DNA of 64,000 nt, taken from contig JAQGDQ010000561.1 in assembly GCA_030141605.1 (NCBI GenBank), forward strand, positions 1-64,000. The letters are read 5' to 3'. Made by a program: the position numbers and the translations under genes. Shown here in pieces: positions 61,363 to 64,000 of this stretch (position 1 is its first letter; each line of letters starts with the position of its first letter). Below the pieces are notes generated by a model. The model had not been told where the DNA came from and made no database searches. It saw nothing but the letters and a program-made list of their open reading frames with translations. This DNA comes from Tubiluchus corallicola. Taxonomy: Eukaryota; Animalia; Priapulida.

Positions 61363-62855
61363 CTGGATTAATTCGATTAGTCTATTAGTCGGTTACTCAA
61401 CTAGCTGAACCTGTGGGGTGCAACGTGTGATTGTAGAAAACTGACATAAGATTATGGAAAGTTTTTAGACCTTAGTGAATGGCAGACAGCACCGGGCTGA
61501 TAGTGTGTTGTTCTGTAACGTATTGCCAGATTAACACTTGGAAAAAAGCTGTAGAACTGCGTATTTCCAACACCAGGTGGCGGAAATTCTCCGCGCTCGC
61601 AATTCACGTCTAGCCGCCCACGCATTTTGACTCAGAATAGCAGCAGATGTAGGCCTCCGAAATGCCAGCCCCAAGCTGGTTCATGGCAGCCAGCTCCCGC
61701 GGTTTCTATTTTACATGGCTTCAGACACATTTTGACCAGATGCTGGGCTTCATATGTAACCGATCTGAAGTTGTGGTGGTGGTTACTAATGGAAACCGCA
61801 CTAAATAAACCCGGGCCCTAGAGCATCGAGACCTGGCTGTAAAATAATCGAGCTGTGGCGATGTTGCCGCAGGAGGTAATGCCGCTTTTCTGGATCTCTG
61901 ATTTCTTATTAAACTGGTGTTGTCTAGCTTTTGATGATGACTAGTTGACACGTAGGCTAAATTGGATAAAACACGCTGCATCATTGAGGAAGATTTTCTC
62001 AGCAAGAGCTTTTTTGGTCTAATAAGCGTGGAGATATCATTGTCACATCTCGAGTTTCGTAAAGCACCCTTATTACTTCTGTAAATTGCTGTAGTATGTA
62101 TATATAGTTGTATATATGTACGTACCTTAAAGCATGAGAAAACCCGTCATAAACATAATGCTTAAAAAAATCGTCTTGAAATTTCATATCAGCTACATAC
62201 TGCCTTTTTGCGTGCAGGACTTCAGTCGGCAGTCACGCTGTATGAAACATGTAAATTTAAACTCCCGCGATGACCGTTAGACGCAGCCATTTTGACGACA
62301 GGTCATTTGAAACAAGTTTAGATAACATTTTGTAAAGTTTGAAAAAATAATCAGAGCATTCGTAGCGCACACGTCACTAATTGAGTAAAATTTTAAATTA
62401 CTGTATCTTGTCAATAAGATTAGAAATACGTTTTTCGTTAGGGAGGATGAGTCAGCGACATTTTATCAATTGGTGAAAACATTTTAAATAATTTTCTTTT
62501 CTAGTTACATAAGTCTCTCCAGCAGGTAAGCCAAAAGCTAAGTAATATAGATTTGCATGGAAAGTTTTTTGGGACATAATTTAACATCGCCTTTTCTTCC
62601 CCTGATTTACATTGTGCGTATATGACGTCATGTAATGGCACCATCAGAACAGTATATTGCGGGAAATTTAAAATGAAAACAGACAAAAATTCATTTTAAT
62701 GCGACTACGATATATGCATAAAATTGCTGTAAAGTAATGTTTTTAAAGGCTACTTTTTAAGATTTTTCTGAAACCTACTTCAGGTACCCCCTTTCTTGTC
62801 CTTTAAGAATTAACTTTATTCCGTAAAAACGCAAGAAAGCGTCCGTTGTCCAGAA

Positions 62856-63141
62856 TCATCATCATCATACGCTATTGTAGACGCTGGGCAGGCAGAATTC
62901 TAAAATAAAAGAAATCTGCCTTCAGACAGGTAAACGCAGCAGCAATCCAGCAAAAAACTAGACACTGCTATGCCAGTGGCTTGTCAGCACCACTTCCGTA
63001 AGGACAGTGAAATCTGAATATCACATCATCATCATCATCATACGCCTGTCACGTCTATTGTAAACATTGGGCAGGCAGAATTCTAAAATAAAAGAAATCT
63101 GCCTTCAGACAGGTAAACGCAGCAGTAATCCAGCAAAAAAT
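62856..63141 (-). mobile_element. Two tandem retroposon 3'-end fragments (paralogue at ~49472..49590)
   Basis: Shared gcagaattctaaaat..ttcagacaggtaaac with (ATG)n tail on the minus strand. Confidence 0.5.
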
Positions 63142-64000
63142 GAGACTAATAGATAATTAATGGGAAAAGGACATTAGTTTGTCTGGGTTAGTAGCAGGTA
63201 GGTCCCTGCTGTACACAGAGCTTGCTCAGCTTGTTACTGTTTTAAAAACTGTCATTTACGCATGGAAGCTTTTAGCATACGTAGTACAGTAGCTCTCTGT
63301 ATGTCAGAGAAACTTCAAGCGAAAGAGCCTTCGTTACTGCAACAAAAAACCACTTCAAGTGTTTAGCCGTAGTGGACTTTCGGGGCAGAGCAAAACTGCC
63401 GATGTCGTTCACCCCTATAGTGACCGTATTGCCTGCGAAAGTTTTTCAAAGGAATTCTCTTGCGGCATTGTTGAAAAAATTACGCACTGGGAAGTGGAAT
63501 TCGTTTGGTTCCATTGATGCGTTTGAGAGAACCAGATTTGAGTTTTACATTGGGGAGTGTTCGCGCTTTGAAATGGGTCGTGTTATGCTAATGAGTTTGA
63601 ATGTTGACAATAGTTGTTACTAGATTAAAGTGAAATTTTTCGCTTTGCATAGTAAACTCGAGTAGGCCTCCTTGGGATATTATAAAGATTTTGATGGGTT
63701 CGTTTGGTTACAGCCACTCTGGGCTTAAAGGAAGACAGGATGATTTTTCATATACTACCCATTTTCAAGTCCGATAAAAAGTACACACTTTAATACAATT
63801 AATGGTGCAAGATCGTTTCTGGTAGTTAAATAATAGATTAAAATCTCAACTAACTTCGGGCGAGACCAAATATTGATGACATCACAAACGAACATAATTT
63901 TCAACAGCAAAAACATTCCACGAGCGTCCTGCACGTGTTTGCGAAAGCGAAAATTGAAGTACAGTGTTACTGTAACATATTCAGTGTTGTTGTACTAAAA

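Noticed and set aside
57900-64000. Further Smaug exons (SAM/PHAT domains)
   Set aside because: No recognisable Smaug peptide in any frame; the region looks intronic and TE-derived.

Overview
AT-rich eukaryotic (invertebrate-animal-like) genomic DNA. The main feature is a complete INCENP (inner centromere protein) gene on the minus strand. I assembled it by hand: 17 coding exons from 45552 down to 7268, 4161 nt, about 1386 aa. All exon phases are compatible, one intron is GC-AG, and the CEN-box, SAH and IN-box are recognisable. Nested antisense in one INCENP intron is an intact 2-exon gene (22831..24216, 384 aa) for a secreted, probably GPI-anchored LRR protein with a mucin-like stalk. That cassette is bracketed by ~160-bp direct repeats and preceded by a 5S-derived SINE. 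Head-to-head with INCENP lies the first recognisable coding exon of a Smaug/SAMD4 homologue (+ strand, 55387..55600); the rest of that gene presumably lies beyond the window. There are three large tandem arrays (54/108 bp, 28 bp and 67 bp units); the 54/108- and 28-bp arrays account for nearly all the very long ORFs in the ORF track. Introns are packed with non-autonomous TEs: piggyBac-, hAT-, Tc1/pogo- and Kolobok-like MITEs, an internally deleted RTE, LINE 3' ends, 5S- and tRNA-derived SINEs, and Helitron-like pieces. All family assignments come from motif recognition, not database searches.
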